Source: Puniceicoccaceae bacterium (GTDB lineage: Bacteria; Verrucomicrobiota; Verrucomicrobiia; Opitutales; Oceanipulchritudinaceae). From it: a DNA stretch of 64,000 bases. Made by a program: the position numbers and the translations under genes. A model generated the notes under the pieces. It made no database searches and was not told where the DNA came from. It saw nothing but the letters and a program-made list of their open reading frames with translations. Location: the NCBI GenBank assembly GCA_040830765.1, contig JBFOMH010000017.1, forward strand, positions 128,001 through 192,000, given 5' to 3'. Positions 56,701 through 64,000 of the stretch are shown in pieces. Every line of letters begins with the position of its first letter. Positions within the stretch are counted from its first letter, which is position 1.

Positions 56701-59700
56701 ATGACTTCGTCAACGCCACGGATAATGATGTTCTCCTCGCCGCCAATGGCGCAGGGAGCAATCTTGATATCAACGATACGGTGACCTCTGGTCGTCACAC
56801 GACCCTGCTGGCCCGCAACGATATCCTCCAAAGCGCCGACGTAACAGCCGGCGGCACCATTGATGCCCAGGCCTACACTGGTTCCATTCTTATGGATCCG
56901 GATGTGGTTTCCGATGCCGACGATGACAACATCCGCTACACCGCGGCAGTCGATGTCGAACTCGGAGTCCTCGATGCCGGTACTGGCGATGTCAGCGTCA
57001 TCGCTGACACGGGATCCATCCGCGATGTCCAGGATGACCTGGTCGATGTTGATGGGGACGGTTTTGCCACAAGCTCGACTCGCACTGTCAATATTCTTGG
57101 CACCAATCTGCGACTCGACGCAGAGGGCAGCATCGGAGAGGTGGACGATCCGGTTGATACGTCAGTTACTCAAGTGGCTGCCGTAGCAGAAACCGGCAGC
57201 ACCTATCTCTACGAGACCGATGCCTTGACCCTCGGGACCGTTGCTCCGGTTACGGTGAATCGGGTTGCCTTGGAGTCGACCATTGCTGATGTCACGGATG
57301 CGGCCGACCTCTCGGGCTCAACTGCCGAGGTCAATGCCAAGACAGAGACCATCAATGGCTCCATTACGGTTGATGATCCGGTCCTCGCCAACACCGGCGA
57401 TGCCCAGTTGGCCGCCAACGGCACAGGAAGTGACTTGGACATCAATGCAACGATTACCTCCGGCCAGCACACCACACTCCTGGCCCGGAACGGTATCATG
57501 CAGAGTGCCGACGTAACTGCTGGCGGAACCATTGATGTGGAAGCCTTCGACGGTTCCATCATCATGGAAGGGGATGCTACCTCAGATGCCGATGACAACA
57601 ACATCCGCTACACCGCGGAGGGTGACCTTGCCCTTGGCATTCTCGATGCAGGTACGGGTGACGTCAGCCTGATTGCCACCACTGGTCGTATCTACGACGC
57701 CCAGGGTGACACCGTTGGCGTCGATGCGGATGGCTTTGCCACCCAGACTGGTGACCCGCGCGTGGTCAATGTCATTGCCTCAGGACTGCGGATTGATGCC
57801 GCCCTGGATGTCAATGATGACCCGTCCGCCGGCACGGTCGATCCGATCGACCTGTCCGTCGATACCCTCGCGGGTGTCGTTGGGGAGAGCATCTATGTTT
57901 ATGAAACCGACGACCTGACCATCGGGACAATCGATCCGGTATCCGTCAATCGCGTCGCCCTCGAGTCGACCACCGCCGTGGTCACCGACGACACGCCGCG
58001 TGTCGGCCTCGTCGCCGGGACTAACGCCAAGGTGGAAACCATCGACGGTTCCATCAATGTCGACAACATCGTCGAAGGCACCTCAGCCGATGTCCTCCTC
58101 GCCGCCAATGGCGCAGGCAGTGACCTCAACATCAACGACACCGTCACCTCGGGTGGAAACACAACCCTCCTGGCCCGCGATTCCATCGCCCAGGATGCCA
58201 ACGTGACTGCCGGCGGCACCATTGATGCCCAGGCCTTCACCGGTTCCATCCTCATGGCCGCGGACGTCGTTTCCGATGCCGATGATGACAACATCCGCTA
58301 CAATGCGGAAGTTGATGTCGAGCTGGGTATCCTTGATGCCGGTACCGGCAACATCGCCGTCGTCGCCAACACCGGTGACATCGTCGATGTCCAGGATGAC
58401 ACCGTCGGCGTGGATGCAGATGGCTTCGCCACCAATACCGGTCGCACGGTCAACCTTATCGGTACAGACCTGCGCCTGAGTGCCGATGGCGACATCGGTG
58501 AGGCCGGTGATCCGATTGACACTTCAGTCGATACAATCGCCGCTACCGCTGCAGGTGGCAGTGCTTATGTCTATGAGACCGACGCCCTGACCATTGGGAC
58601 GGTTGCACCGGTCACGGTGAACCGCGTTGCCCTGGAATCCACCACTCGGGACGAAACCGATGCCGATAGCGCCACAGGTGTCCTGGGTATCATGAATTCC
58701 AAGGTGGAGACCATTGACGGCAGCCTCACGGTCGACGGACCGGTTGGCCCGACCTTCGACGATGTCCTGTTGGCCGCCAACGGTTCCGGCAGTGACCTCG
58801 TCATCAACGATGTTGTCAGCTCCGGTGCCGATACGACCTTGCTGGCCCGCAATTCGATCAGCCAGAACGCTGACGTGACCGCGGGTGGAACAATTGATGC
58901 CGAGGCCTTCGAGGGTGACATCACCATGGCCGCCGATGCCATGTCCACGACCACAGATGGCAATGTCCGTCTAGTGGCAAGTGGGGATGTTACTGTCGGC
59001 GTTGTTGATGCCGGTACGGCTGACATCAGCGTGACCGCCGGTGGCAATATCCTCGACGCCCAGGCCGACACAGTCGGTGTGGATGGGGATGGATTCGCCA
59101 CTAACAGCGACCGCACGGTCAACCTCGTTGCCTCCGACCTGCGGCTGGATGCCGCTGGCGGAATCGGTGAGGCTGGTAACCCGGTCGACACTTCTGTCGA
59201 TACGTTGGCCGCAAGCGCTGCTTCTGGCAACGCCTACGTCTACGAATCCGACGCCGTGACGATCGGTACCGTTGCTCCGGTAATGGCAAACCGCGTCGCC
59301 CTTGAGTCGACTTCAGCCGAGGTGACCGACGCCGCTGAGCTCGCTGGCGTAACCGCCGAGCTCAACGCCAAGGTCGAGACCATCGACGGAACGTTGACCG
59401 TTGACCAGGCCGTGACCGCCACTGTCGGGGATGCCCTTGTGGCAGCCAACGGCTCCGGTGACCTTGACCTTAACGCGGACCTTTCCGCCGGTGGAAACGC
59501 CACCCTGCTGGCCTCGCAAGGCCTCATGCAGGATGCTGACGTGACGGCCGGTGGCACCATTGATGCCGAAGCCTTCGCTGGCTCCATCTCGATGGGCGCC
59601 GATGTGGTATCAGATGCCGATGACGACAACATCCGCTACACCGCGGCGACAGACGTCGAACTGGGTACACTTGATGCCGGTGCAGGCAACATTGCCGTGA

Positions 59701-62700
59701 CTGCCGGTGGTAGCATCCACGATGCGCATGTTGATACAGTCGATGTTGATGCCGATGGGTTTGCAACCAACAGCGGACGCACGGTGAATCTCGTTGGTTC
59801 CGGTGCCCGCCTGACCGCCGGCACGGACGTTGGCGAGGCCGGGGATCCGATTGACACCTCGATTGCTACACTGGCGGCTTCCGCTGGCAGTGGCAGTGCT
59901 TACGTCTACGAGACCGATGCTCTGACTATCGGGACCGTTGCTCCGGTGACCGTGAATCGGGTGGCCCTCGAGTCGACCACGGCCGATGTGACCGATGCGG
60001 ACAGCCTTTCCGGGGTGACCGCCGGTACGAACGCCAAGGTAGAGACCCTCGGCGGTTCCCTGACTGTGGACGATGCCGTGGAAGCAACCGGTGGCGATGT
60101 CCTGCTGGCCGCCAATGGCGGTGACTTGGTCATCAATGCCGCGGTCATGGCCGGACAGAACGCAACCTTGCTTGCCTCTCAGGGCATCATGCAGTCGGCC
60201 AGTGTCATGGCTGACGGCACGGTTGATGCCGAGGCCATTGCGGGTTCCATCACGATGGATGCCGCTGCCACGACCGAGACCACCAATGGCGACATCCGCT
60301 ACGCCGCGGGTGACGATATTGCCGTCGCGTCACTGGTTGCCGGGCCCAACTCGGCCTCCCTGGTCGCCGGTGGCGACATCACCGATGCCGGTACCGATGT
60401 CAATGTCCAGGCAGCCACGCTGCAACTGACAGCTGGCGGCTCCATTGGCGCGGATGACGCTTCGATCACGGTTGGTGCAGGCCCGGTTGCCGCACGTGCC
60501 GGTGGCGACGTCACCCTCGATGCGATTGGTGAACTGGTTGTCGGGGCGGCTGATGCCGTCACGGTTAACCGCGTCGCCCTTGAGTCGAGCACCAGCACAA
60601 TCGAGGATGCCGCTCTCATTGGCATCGAGGCCGGTGGGGATGTGAGTCTCAGCGCTGAGAATGCGATTCGCCTGGCCGTTGCCACGGACAGCCTCGATCC
60701 GGCATCCGATCCGGTACCGGGTGTGGACGGCAACGCCGCGACCATCGTCAGCGGCGGGGCCACGACCCTCGGCACGGCGGTTGTACTTGCTGAAGACTCC
60801 CGTATCGCTGGTGGAACCTCAGTGACTTTCACCTCCACGGTCGACAGTGTCGCTGGTTCCAATAATGACCTCGCGGTCCATTCACCGGATACAACCTACG
60901 CCGACAATGTCGGCAGCACCCAGGCGCTTGGTAACCTGTCAACGACAGATGCCGGCGACGGGATCATCCGCGTCGGTGGGGATGTCACAACGGTTGATGG
61001 CCAACTCTACGGTGAAGCTACCCAGTTGATTGCGGATAGCGTCGCCTTGACCGACTCCGGCAGTGGTATCCAACTTGATTCCACGCTCGACGGTGACGGT
61101 TCGGCTGCAGCTGACCTGACCTTGAATGCGACCGGTGACATTACCATCGCTGGCGATGTTGGTGCCACCAACCGCCTTGGCGATGTCGTTGTCGAAACAG
61201 TCAATGACCTGACCATCGATGGTTCGGCCAGTGTTGCCTCCTTCACCCAGAACGCCAGTTCGGCCTCGGGTGAGGATAGCGGCGATACAACCTTGACCGG
61301 TGCCCTCGATACCGATGGTGGTGCTGTTTCCATCAACACCACATCCGGCTCCATTGCCGTTAACGCCATTGATGCCGGGGCAGGGAATATCACCCTTGTA
61401 CCGGACAGTGGAACACGGTTGAGCAGCGGAGGCAGTTACAGCATCCCTGAAGGTACCATCACCTTGAGTGGTGACCTCACGGGTGGCTCCATCCAGCTTG
61501 GTCCGAATGACCGGGGAGTGAACGCCCTTGGCGTTTCCTCCATCATTGGAACCGATGCGGATGGCCAACTGGCCATTACCGCATCCGGCAGCCTGACCAT
61601 CGGCGAGGATGAAAAGTTTGCCGTCCTCGACGTTGATGGCGACGGCGTCAACCAGCTGACCCTGCGCACCTCCGGTGGAGCTATCCAGCATGGGGACCTG
61701 ACCATTGAGGGCGACTTGCTTGTCGATGGTGGTGGTACCGCGCCGCTGACGCTCGTCACCCGCGACGCCGGTGAACAGCAGTCTGACCTCGACACGAACG
61801 AGGATGGCGTGATTGACCAGCTCGACACCCAGATGGGTGACGGTATCGATGTCGTCGCTACGGGATCCATCACCTATACCGGAGTCGATTTCCTGACCGA
61901 GGTTGGTGAGACTCCGGGCGGTGATATTGGACAACCTCAATTCGCCTTGACTGATTCAACACAAATCAGTCAGGAAATCCTCGAGCGCTATGTCGTCCGT
62001 GAACTGGACCGCTTCCCGCAAATCCGGGGCGACGTCGTCAATCCGAATGCACTTGGCGGCTTGATTCTCGATGCCATCGCCAATGGTGAAATCGTCAATA
62101 ATGTCATTGATGCTATCAGGGGTGTTGGCCGCCCGAGCCTGGCAGAATCCCTCCCGGCTCCGGAGAAGTACCCGCGCCTGCTCGATGTTCACCTCACTCC
62201 GCTGGATGTTGATACCAGCAGCGAGGTAGCCATCGGGGACGCCCTTGGAATCCAGATTCGCGACCGCAACGCCGCTGAACTCGGTTCCGAGAATGTCGTC
62301 ATCTATGATGATGTGGCCAATGGACCAGCCATCTCCGTGGCCCGCCTCAACTCTGCGGCAGCCTCTGAAGCGGTTGACTCCACTCGCTCCATCCTGGGCA
62401 GCAGCGCCCGCCTCAAGGGACAACTGGCCGAAGCCCTCTCCGGCTATATGGCCCAGTCTGAATCCTTCGATGCGAGTGATTTCCGGGAATACGTCATGCA
62501 GTCACGGCAGCATGCCGAGGCCGAGCGCATCATGGATACGCTCTACCAGCTCTGGATGTCCATCGAGGTGCTCGGATTGACCGAGGACGATATCGAGAAA
62601 ATCAAGGAGTACATCTACTCCGAGATTGCTCCCGCCAACCTCACCACCACTCAACTGCACGATGCGGTCATGTCCGGTGATGAGCCCATGTTGGCGCTTG

Positions 62701-62711
62701 CAGGGAACTGA
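38772..62711 (+). CDS. Giant TpsA / filamentous haemagglutinin-like exoprotein (7979 aa)
   Basis: TPS domain ([38 protein letters not shown]); beta-helical stalk; 12 FG-GAP repeats; ~24 tandem ~224-aa repeats; helical C-terminal domain. Confidence 0.95.
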   Translation: MIRNKKHLIRPMQFSSLFEGILQRSWRRKGRQLTSFMVPIFVASVQGIAGPEGEQVAAGDVRFNRPDTASTHIYQDSMQAIVNWRSFNVQLDESVQFFQPNEMASILNRVMQNDPSQIAGSLTANGRVFIANPAGVIFGANAVIDVGQLVAAAGNISDADFLGGNYRFSGLQGAVENYGTINANTVALIGRTVGNYGQILAPAGTVIMAAGDELYLVEDQGFGHLRVQVASVDLADDTEGSSGAYGAGDAYALAAGNYGLIEAGDVSVEAERVMLSYGSTIDAGGESGGNISIDAEAILHEGTLSATGSSGAGGTVNLDAGLDYTAIGSAVVDVSGTTGGDITLTTSGKIISSGTYLAQGTDGAGGQIDVGGPGSIGLLSATLDASGTAGGGVVRLGGPLQGGRDGNGDLPVASSTIVSPGSELRADATGASGDGGEVIIWSEEATEFYGIASARPGLESGAGGFIELSSAGQFVFTQGENLQTGRGDRLGEVLLDPKSIIITDANGLDLIRTITGNSQILREGTLELDNGDEFGEDVAFNQAGNLFIVGAPGDSADGINPNGDGVVYLFGIETDNLGFAPILEKRLGDGTTLSGGGTLDISTAGRFGSAVAVNETGNLLAVGAEGDDGDGAGNATGAVYMLSIDVNNPNADPVLETVLDDNDVTLAAGDKFGSAVAFNQDADIMGVGAEGDTGGAGSVFLFDISTFNAPVIGLGGNPVTSSTGGAVASGAATFGSSVSFNGSGNVMAIGAEESTFSGGSNRGGVYIFTLDPDNLNVTPTYQQRFQYSDFGEPALGSSNNNLRFGSAVAFNSDNTILAVGARGQPGSGGATNQEPRVFLLSLSDVSTLPTFGQRIDFNTVPLGGGPPLALDSEGQFGAGISLSGDGTALLVGAPTQDGGGTDLGEVFLFEIDPNNLSQAPDLAQLLTDTSPIRIYDQLALGGGDSFGNSVALSSAGDVLVVGAPGNDTGGADAGAAYVFSVNPADLAQQITLVKLVADSTVTGLSLADGDNFGSGVAVNGLGDIIAFGASGTNVGGADRGAAYIIEFDTTNLFADPVLQLTLNNSNVTGLANNDLFGQSLALDNPGGVLVVGQPGDSSGTGAVDVFSLNTTTFAFTQENTIDGTTPGLTLAAGDAFGTGVALNADASILAVGSPGAEGGGTNEGAVSILSLGALAADPTLEQTIDSTTTSVVLDDDDAFGTSVALSGGGEILAVGAPFADGPANGNPDSGEVFLMRLNSSNLSIPAAEIAKLERDTVLADGSNFTAVDTNDQLGSGVALNDGASIFVGGAGNSDISGPATGAAHLFTLELGRDPTQALFGVEPDAEWIVSPADIVSVLAGNNLTMQANTDITVESLVDASLNPSAGNLTFQAGRSILLNESILLNGSFTATANDPGALAAHRDAGDATITMADGTSIDTSAANGSITLAYGVGTNGNDATGAMTLETLNAGTGAIDIDTVANQGGAVSYEDILLNGPVTGGLVSAQGNAIISNVDGTITASDDILLETASTGRAGGDIDLEAAVSQTGAGTLTMRPVDSATPIRVGGTTAGQMGVDVPTLDQVQEGFSTIIVGSSGQTGDINVAGGPTTNWKDDLLFETDSGDINVLADVNTTGSTDPADITYRSATGVTTMAGNQLTDGGNVTVETPLLVDGTILIDTEAGDDLVAGNVTLNGSTIGSRTDAAVDAANGNTDTLTIDARGLIDGNVDIEGHVGSNTITGAGGVIGSLIVEGAATVDLSDVTTATGGILVGNSKATTGPINLHASTLDTSGAGAGVATGNIVLNADASQDIELLDGDVQLNTNDLGYNGGTNVNADGAITIAGNQIDGQTFTNGLSLDNGSNSLDQSTDMPVLTELTHFVALSDANVTVLNPNNDVATVAGRTTTGSFAYRDANDLTVGTAAGVSGITAGADAMAETVAGTLTVDQSVSGGADVLLSAGGVASNLDLNASVDSGDGTSLLAGNSVLQSANVTAGGSIDVEATNGAITMDPGSSSTATDANIRYAANGDVTVGSLAAGAGDVSISSTTGNIVDAQVTDAVIADPEGFAINLGRTVNVSGAGLRMSAAGDAGAAGTPFDTSVGTVAADVSGSTYIYESDAVTVGTVGPVAVERVVIDAANTTASDAALAGINAGGNAKLETINGTIAVNDPVSAGTDVQIAANGAGSDLLLNNSVAAGQNVTLLARSAIIQDANVNAGGTIDAEAFDSVITMSAGATSTAAGNIRYAGDGNVTTGILDAGASSVSVVSENGSILDAQNDTVGVDGEGFATQTNDPRTANLIAANVRLQAAGDIGSAGNPVDSTAGVVAASSGGSTYLYESDALTVGTVAAVSVNRVELASTTSTVTDIAASGITGGTNAKVETVSGSMTVDDTVTATAGDALLAANGAASDMDVNADVASGGNTTILARNSVLQGANINAGGTIDVEAFDGVLTMEAGSSSTATDNDTRYAGHQDVTIQVLNAGTADISVVSSDGSIVDGQADTVGVDADGFATNAGRTVNFESSGLRLAASGDIGAAGNPLDSTVTTVAANAGGSAYVYETDALTVGAVETTVNRVGLDSSLTGVTDASLSGVTGGANAKVETIDGTLTVDTLVTATSEDVLLAANGTGGDDDLVINADVSAGDSVSLLARDNVAQNANVTSDADGAEDTDGTIDVEAFSGSIVMAPDAVSTTDDDNIRYTAEVDAGLGILDAGTADVSVIARTGRIYDAQGDTVGVDSEGFATQTGDPRVVNILASGMRVSAAEDLNDDGATVDPLDTSLDVLAGTVGESIYIYETDALTIGTVDAVAVERVALESTTSTVTDAGSVSGLLAGTNAKVETIDGTLTVDQFVEATTADVLLAANGSGSDLDINDTVTSGRHTTLLARNEILQSANVTATGTIDAEAFDGSIRMDPNVVSDADDDNIRYTAEVDVELGILDAGTADVSVVATTGSIRDVQDDLVDRDGDGFATNAARTVNIIANDLRLDAQGSIGEADDPIDTAVDQMAAAAATGSTYVYESDAVTIGTVAPVTVNRVALQSTIADVTDAADLVGSTALVNAKTETIAGTLTVDNPVLAITGDAQLAANGAGSDLDINDTVTSGQHTTLLARNDLLQSGNVTTGGTIDAEAFDGSILMDPNVVSDANDANIRYTAAVDVELGILDAGTGDVSVIADTGSIRDVQDDLVDRDGEGFATNTTRTVNIIGNDLRLDAQGSIGEADDPIDTSVDQMAAVAEQGSTYVYETDALTIGTVAPVTVNRVALESTIVDVTDAADLVGSTAEVHAKTETISGTLTVDDPVLASTADAQLAANGAGSDLDINDTVTSGRHTTLLARNDILQSANVTAGGTIDAEAFTGSILMDPNVVSDADDDNIRYTAAVDVELGILDAGLADVSVIADTGSIRDVQDDLVDRDGDGFATNSARTVNIIGNDLRLDAQGSIGEADDPIDTSVDQMAAVAASGSTYVYESDAVTIGTVAPVTVNRVALESTIVDVTDAADLVGSTALVNAKTETINGTLTVDDPVLATTGDVQLAANGTGSDLDINDTVTSGQHTTLLARNSVLQSANVTAGGTIDAEAFDNSILMDPNVVSDANDANIRYTAAIDVELGILDAGTGDISVIADTGSIRDVQDDLVDRDGDGFATNTARTVNIIGNDLRLDAQGSIGEVDDPIDTSVDQMAAVAATGSTYVYETDALTIGTVAPVTVNRVALESTIADVTDGADLVGSTAEVNAKTETINGTLTVDDPVLAITGDAQLAANGTGNDLDINATVTSGRHTTLLGRDDILQSANVTAGGTIDAEAFDGSILMDPNVVSDADDDNIRYTAQVDVELGILDAGTGNVAVTATTGSIRDVQDDLVDRDADGFATNTSRTVNILGTDLRMDAEGSIGEADDPIDTSVDTLAAVAATGSTYVYETDALTVGTVAPVTVNRVALESTIVDVTDAADLVGSTAEVNAKTETIAGMLTVDDPVLATTGDAQLAANGAGSDLDINATVTSGRHTTLLGRNDILQSANVTATGTIDAEAFDGSILMDPNVVSDADDDNIRYTAEVDVELGILDAGTADISVIADTGSIRDVQDDLVDRDGDGFATNTTRTVNIIANDLRMDAEGSIGEADDPIDTSVDQMAAVAATGSTYVYETDALTIGTVAPVTVNRVALESTIADVTDGADLVGSTAAINAKTETIAGTLTVDDPVLATTGDAQLAANGAGSDLDINATVTSGRHTTLLARNSVLQSANVSAGGTIDAEAFDNSILMDPNVVSDADDDNIRYTAQVDVELGILDAGTGNVAVTATTGSIRDVQDDLVDRDGEGFATNTTRTVNIIGNDLRLDAEGSIGEADDPIDTTVNTMAAVAATGSTYVYESDALTIGTVAPVTVNRVALESTIVDVTDAADLVGSTAEVNAKTETIAGTLTVDDPVLATTGDAQLAANGAGSDLDINATVTSGRHTTMLARNDILQSANVTAGGTIDAEAFDGSILMDPFVVSDADDDNIRYTAEVDVELGILDAGTADVSVIADTGSIRDVQDDLVDRDGEGFATNTARTVNIIANDLRMDAEGSIGEVDDPIDTSVDNMAAVAATGSTYVYESDALTIGTVAPVTVNRVALESTIADVTDAADLVGSTAQVNAKTETINGTLTVDNAVLATTGDVQLAANGTGSDLDVNANVTSGQHTTMLARNDILQSGDVTAGGTIDAEAFDGSILMDPDTVSDADDDNIRYTAQVDVELGILDAGTANVSVLADTGSIRDVQDDLVDRDGEGFATNTTRTVNIIGNDLRLDAQGSIGEADDPIDTTVNTVAAVAETGSIYLYETDALTIGTVGSVTVNRVALESTVADVIDTEDLSGLTGEVNAKAETINGTLTVDDPVLANTNDAQLAANGTGSDLDINATVTSGRHTTLLGRDDILQSANVTAGGTIDGEAFDGSILMDPFVVSDADDDNIRYTAQVDVELGILDAGTADVSVIADTGSIRDVQDDLVDRDGEGFATNTTRTVNIIGNDLRMDAQGSIGEADDPIDTSVDTLAAVAETGSTYVYETDALTIGTVAPVTVNRVALESTIADVTDAADLVGSTAEVHAKTETIAGTLTVDDPVLANTGDAQLEDKGTGSELDINATVTSGQHTTMLARNDILQSGNVTAGGTIDAEAFTGSILMDPDAVSDADDDNIRYTAEVDVELGILDSGTANISVLADTGDIRDVQDDLVDRDADGFATNTARTVNLIGDNLRLDAQGSIGEVDDPIDTTVNTVGAVAETGSIYLYESDELVVGTVGSVTVNRVALESTVADIVDTADLSGLTGEVNAKAETIDGTLTVDDPVLANTGDAQLAANSTDSDLDINATVTSGRHTTLLARRDILQSANVTAGGTIDGEAFDGSILMDPDVISDADDDNIRYTAQVDVELGILDAGTGNVAVTATTGDIRDVQDDLVDRDADGFATNTARTVNIIGTDLRMSAEGSIGEADDPIDTSVDTLAAVANTGSSYVYETDALVIGTVAPVTVNRVALESSLADVTDAADLVGSTAEVNAKAETINGTLTIDDPVLANTGDAQLAANGAGSDLDINATVTSGRHTTLLARNDILQSGNVTAGGTIDAEAFNGSILMDPDTVSDADDDNIRYTAEMDIELGILDAGTGNVAITATAGSIIDVQDDLVDVDGDGFATNTSRTVNITGTDLRLNAAEEIGETDDPIDTMVDMVAANAGGAVYLYESDTLAIGTVAPVTVNRVALESTIADVTDPADLVGVTATSYAKVETIDGSMTVDDAVTATSGDVLLAANGTGGDDDLVVNAAVTSGDYMSLLARDSVLQNANITSDTDGTEDDIGTIDVEAFSGSIIMDGDAVSLTDNDNIRYTAEVDAGLGILNAGDAYVSVIARTGRIYDAQGDTVGVDSEGFATQTGDPRVVNIIANGMRVSAALDLNDDGGTVDPLDTSLNTIAGVVGQSIYIYETDDLTIGTVPAVPVERVALESTTATVTDAAPVSGLDAGTNAKVETIDGSLTVDDFVNATDNDVLLAANGAGSNLDINDTVTSGRHTTLLARNDILQSADVTAGGTIDAQAYTGSILMDPDVVSDADDDNIRYTAAVDVELGVLDAGTGDVSVIADTGSIRDVQDDLVDVDGDGFATSSTRTVNILGTNLRLDAEGSIGEVDDPVDTSVTQVAAVAETGSTYLYETDALTLGTVAPVTVNRVALESTIADVTDAADLSGSTAEVNAKTETINGSITVDDPVLANTGDAQLAANGTGSDLDINATITSGQHTTLLARNGIMQSADVTAGGTIDVEAFDGSIIMEGDATSDADDNNIRYTAEGDLALGILDAGTGDVSLIATTGRIYDAQGDTVGVDADGFATQTGDPRVVNVIASGLRIDAALDVNDDPSAGTVDPIDLSVDTLAGVVGESIYVYETDDLTIGTIDPVSVNRVALESTTAVVTDDTPRVGLVAGTNAKVETIDGSINVDNIVEGTSADVLLAANGAGSDLNINDTVTSGGNTTLLARDSIAQDANVTAGGTIDAQAFTGSILMAADVVSDADDDNIRYNAEVDVELGILDAGTGNIAVVANTGDIVDVQDDTVGVDADGFATNTGRTVNLIGTDLRLSADGDIGEAGDPIDTSVDTIAATAAGGSAYVYETDALTIGTVAPVTVNRVALESTTRDETDADSATGVLGIMNSKVETIDGSLTVDGPVGPTFDDVLLAANGSGSDLVINDVVSSGADTTLLARNSISQNADVTAGGTIDAEAFEGDITMAADAMSTTTDGNVRLVASGDVTVGVVDAGTADISVTAGGNILDAQADTVGVDGDGFATNSDRTVNLVASDLRLDAAGGIGEAGNPVDTSVDTLAASAASGNAYVYESDAVTIGTVAPVMANRVALESTSAEVTDAAELAGVTAELNAKVETIDGTLTVDQAVTATVGDALVAANGSGDLDLNADLSAGGNATLLASQGLMQDADVTAGGTIDAEAFAGSISMGADVVSDADDDNIRYTAATDVELGTLDAGAGNIAVTAGGSIHDAHVDTVDVDADGFATNSGRTVNLVGSGARLTAGTDVGEAGDPIDTSIATLAASAGSGSAYVYETDALTIGTVAPVTVNRVALESTTADVTDADSLSGVTAGTNAKVETLGGSLTVDDAVEATGGDVLLAANGGDLVINAAVMAGQNATLLASQGIMQSASVMADGTVDAEAIAGSITMDAAATTETTNGDIRYAAGDDIAVASLVAGPNSASLVAGGDITDAGTDVNVQAATLQLTAGGSIGADDASITVGAGPVAARAGGDVTLDAIGELVVGAADAVTVNRVALESSTSTIEDAALIGIEAGGDVSLSAENAIRLAVATDSLDPASDPVPGVDGNAATIVSGGATTLGTAVVLAEDSRIAGGTSVTFTSTVDSVAGSNNDLAVHSPDTTYADNVGSTQALGNLSTTDAGDGIIRVGGDVTTVDGQLYGEATQLIADSVALTDSGSGIQLDSTLDGDGSAAADLTLNATGDITIAGDVGATNRLGDVVVETVNDLTIDGSASVASFTQNASSASGEDSGDTTLTGALDTDGGAVSINTTSGSIAVNAIDAGAGNITLVPDSGTRLSSGGSYSIPEGTITLSGDLTGGSIQLGPNDRGVNALGVSSIIGTDADGQLAITASGSLTIGEDEKFAVLDVDGDGVNQLTLRTSGGAIQHGDLTIEGDLLVDGGGTAPLTLVTRDAGEQQSDLDTNEDGVIDQLDTQMGDGIDVVATGSITYTGVDFLTEVGETPGGDIGQPQFALTDSTQISQEILERYVVRELDRFPQIRGDVVNPNALGGLILDAIANGEIVNNVIDAIRGVGRPSLAESLPAPEKYPRLLDVHLTPLDVDTSSEVAIGDALGIQIRDRNAAELGSENVVIYDDVANGPAISVARLNSAAASEAVDSTRSILGSSARLKGQLAEALSGYMAQSESFDASDFREYVMQSRQHAEAERIMDTLYQLWMSIEVLGLTEDDIEKIKEYIYSEIAPANLTTTQLHDAVMSGDEPMLALAGN
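40360..42700 (+). repeat. Twelve FG-GAP (integrin-alpha-like) repeats inside TpsA
   Basis: 12 copies of D.FG..VA.N..G..L.VGA.G, from DEFGEDVAF to DQLGSGVAL. Confidence 0.85.
44438..60660 (+). repeat. Intragenic tandem array of ~672-bp (224-aa) units
   Basis: YE[ST]D anchor seen 23 times (45050-59906), spaced exactly 672 bp from 47090 to 55154; degenerate flanking units at 44438 and ~60520. Confidence 0.95.
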
Positions 62712-62732
62712 TTCGTTCTTCCTACTTGCCTT

Positions 62733-62776
62733 TCCGGGTCCGGTCCGCCGCTGACTGGCGGGCCGGAACCCCCGGA
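62733..62776 (+). terminator. GC-rich hairpin after tpsA
   Basis: tccggg-tccggtccgcc-gctgact-ggcgggccgga-acccccgga; no clear U-tract. Confidence 0.4.
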
Positions 62777-62791
62777 CTGGGAGGCAATTAT

Positions 62792-63226
62792 ATGGATAAG
62801 CGAAAGGTTCTCATTCTCTGCACCGGTAACTCCTGCCGCAGCCACATGGCGGAGGGCATCCTGCGGCACCTGACAGGCGACCTCTTTGAAGTCTTCAGCG
62901 CCGGATCCAAGCCGGCCGGATACGTCCATCCCATGGCCATCGAGGTCATCGGTGAGCTGGGCATCGATATTTCCGGCCACACTTCCAAGCACCTCGACCA
63001 GTTTCTTGATGTCGGGATCGAGGTTGTTGTCACTGTCTGTGACAACGCCAACGAGTCCTGCCCGGTCTTTCCGGGTCAACTCGCCCGCCACCACTGGCCC
63101 TTCGAGGACCCGCCCAAGGCGGCCCGGCCCGGGGAATCCGAAATCGATGCCTTCCGGCGCATCCGGGACGAGATTTACCGAACCCTGCAGGCGTACGTCG
63201 ACGGATATCGCGATGCCTCGCATTGA
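62792..63226 (+). CDS. arsC: Arsenate reductase, thioredoxin-dependent LMW-PTP fold
   Basis: CTGNSCRS P-loop, [10 protein letters not shown] redox cysteines, [22 protein letters not shown] before ATG 62792. Confidence 0.88.
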   Translation: MDKRKVLILCTGNSCRSHMAEGILRHLTGDLFEVFSAGSKPAGYVHPMAIEVIGELGIDISGHTSKHLDQFLDVGIEVVVTVCDNANESCPVFPGQLARHHWPFEDPPKAARPGESEIDAFRRIRDEIYRTLQAYVDGYRDASH

Positions 63227-63388
63227 CGGCCCTTTTCCTGTTTTCCCTCCCTTGGCGGAACTTATTGGCTCCCGGCCTGTCCACTGCCTCTCATCCGAGT
63301 CCCCCCCCCTCATTCCCGGATTCGCCAGCATTGTGCAATTTAGTGCAATTTTGGTTGCCTTCGGGTCGGGGGCTACCATATTCGCCTG

Positions 63389-64000
63389 ATGCTCAAGATA
63401 TTTACCCCGTTGGCCGGTCTCCTGATTTGCGCCTTTCTTCCGTCCTTTCTGGCGGCGGCCATCGTACCGGTCGACAGCGGCAGCTACACCACGACCTTCC
63501 CCGGTACCGACATTGCCGGGCGGAACGGCTATCCCGGCGGAACGCCTCAACTGAGTGGTGCCGCGGTCGGGCGTCCGGTCCCGACTAACGACTGGTGGTC
63601 GGCCCTGCTGAACAACAACCATGCCAGTAATCTCTTCAATTATCCGCTGACCATGCGGACCCTGCCAACGGGTTTGGACATCGGCCTGATCGTGCCCGGT
63701 TCTGGACCCAACGGCAGCACCCAGCCGATCAGCGACATCAGTCCCGTCATTGTCGGGGTGAGTGGCCTTACGGCGACCCGGGCCACGGTGGACGACTATT
63801 CCGACTGGACGGTGACCATCGGCTGGGACTCTGGCGAACACTCCCTGCGGGCGACCACCGGCATCGGCATGCCCTTTATTCATTTCAAGAAGAGCGCCAG
63901 CCATACCGCCTCGGTCACGGTCAATGTGGGAACGGTCACCGTCGACGGGGAAATCCTCCTCATTACCAATTCCCAGGGCGGGGCCAATTTCGCGGTCTAT
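63389..64000 (+). CDS. Secreted GH81 endo-beta-1,3-glucanase, 5' part (runs off the window)
   Basis: Manual translation MLKIFTPLAGLLICAFLPSFLAAAIVPVDSGSYTTTFPG...PVPTNDWWSALL...DYSDWTV...GMPF; absent from the ORF track because there is no stop in the window. Confidence 0.82.
   Translation, partial: MLKIFTPLAGLLICAFLPSFLAAAIVPVDSGSYTTTFPGTDIAGRNGYPGGTPQLSGAAVGRPVPTNDWWSALLNNNHASNLFNYPLTMRTLPTGLDIGLIVPGSGPNGSTQPISDISPVIVGVSGLTATRATVDDYSDWTVTIGWDSGEHSLRATTGIGMPFIHFKKSASHTASVTVNVGTVTVDGEILLITNSQGGANFAVY

Noticed and set aside
44438..60660. Repeat array as a CRISPR array or DGR template/variable repeat
   Set aside because: Units are ~672 bp, in-frame and coding, with no spacers; variation is mostly synonymous and not adenine-specific; no cas or reverse transcriptase gene in the window
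62130..63226. CdiA toxin / CdiI immunity pair
   Set aside because: No VENN-like pre-toxin motif seen, and the downstream gene is a clear ArsC
62792..63226. Arsenic-resistance operon
   Set aside because: Only a stand-alone arsC; no arsR, arsB or acr3 nearby
62651..63904. 417-aa minus-strand ORF
   Set aside because: Antisense to arsC and the GH81 gene, both of which have strong motifs

Overview
GC-rich bacterial chromosomal segment. Gene style, the GGAG-type REP and the FYRL-ending and Trp/Tyr-rich surface-protein domains suggest Verrucomicrobiota, Opitutae-like (inference). 1-18.7 kb is mostly housekeeping: alaS, leuB, a beta-CASP nuclease with apaG, purH, a histidine kinase, a sigma70 factor, priA, korAB-type oxidoreductase, a HAF-repeat protein and tRNA-Ser(CGA). 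A ~3.9 kb integrase-less islet follows, bounded by a degenerate copy of the tRNA 3' end and carrying a GH37-like hydrolase and a two-domain alginate-lyase-like protein. 22.8-36.3 kb is a polysaccharide-utilisation cluster: three PL1 pectate lyases, GH51, an SLC13 permease and a ROK-SIS-sulfatase operon. 36.8-62.7 kb is a two-partner secretion locus: TpsB plus a 7979-aa TpsA. The TpsA has 12 FG-GAP blades inserted in the stalk, ~24 tandem acidic ~224-aa repeats with higher-order structure, and an unassigned helical C-terminal domain; it is the main candidate for an undescribed system. The window ends with arsC and a truncated GH81. No CRISPR, rRNA, transposase or integrase was seen. All calls come from motif recognition by eye; no database searches were run.
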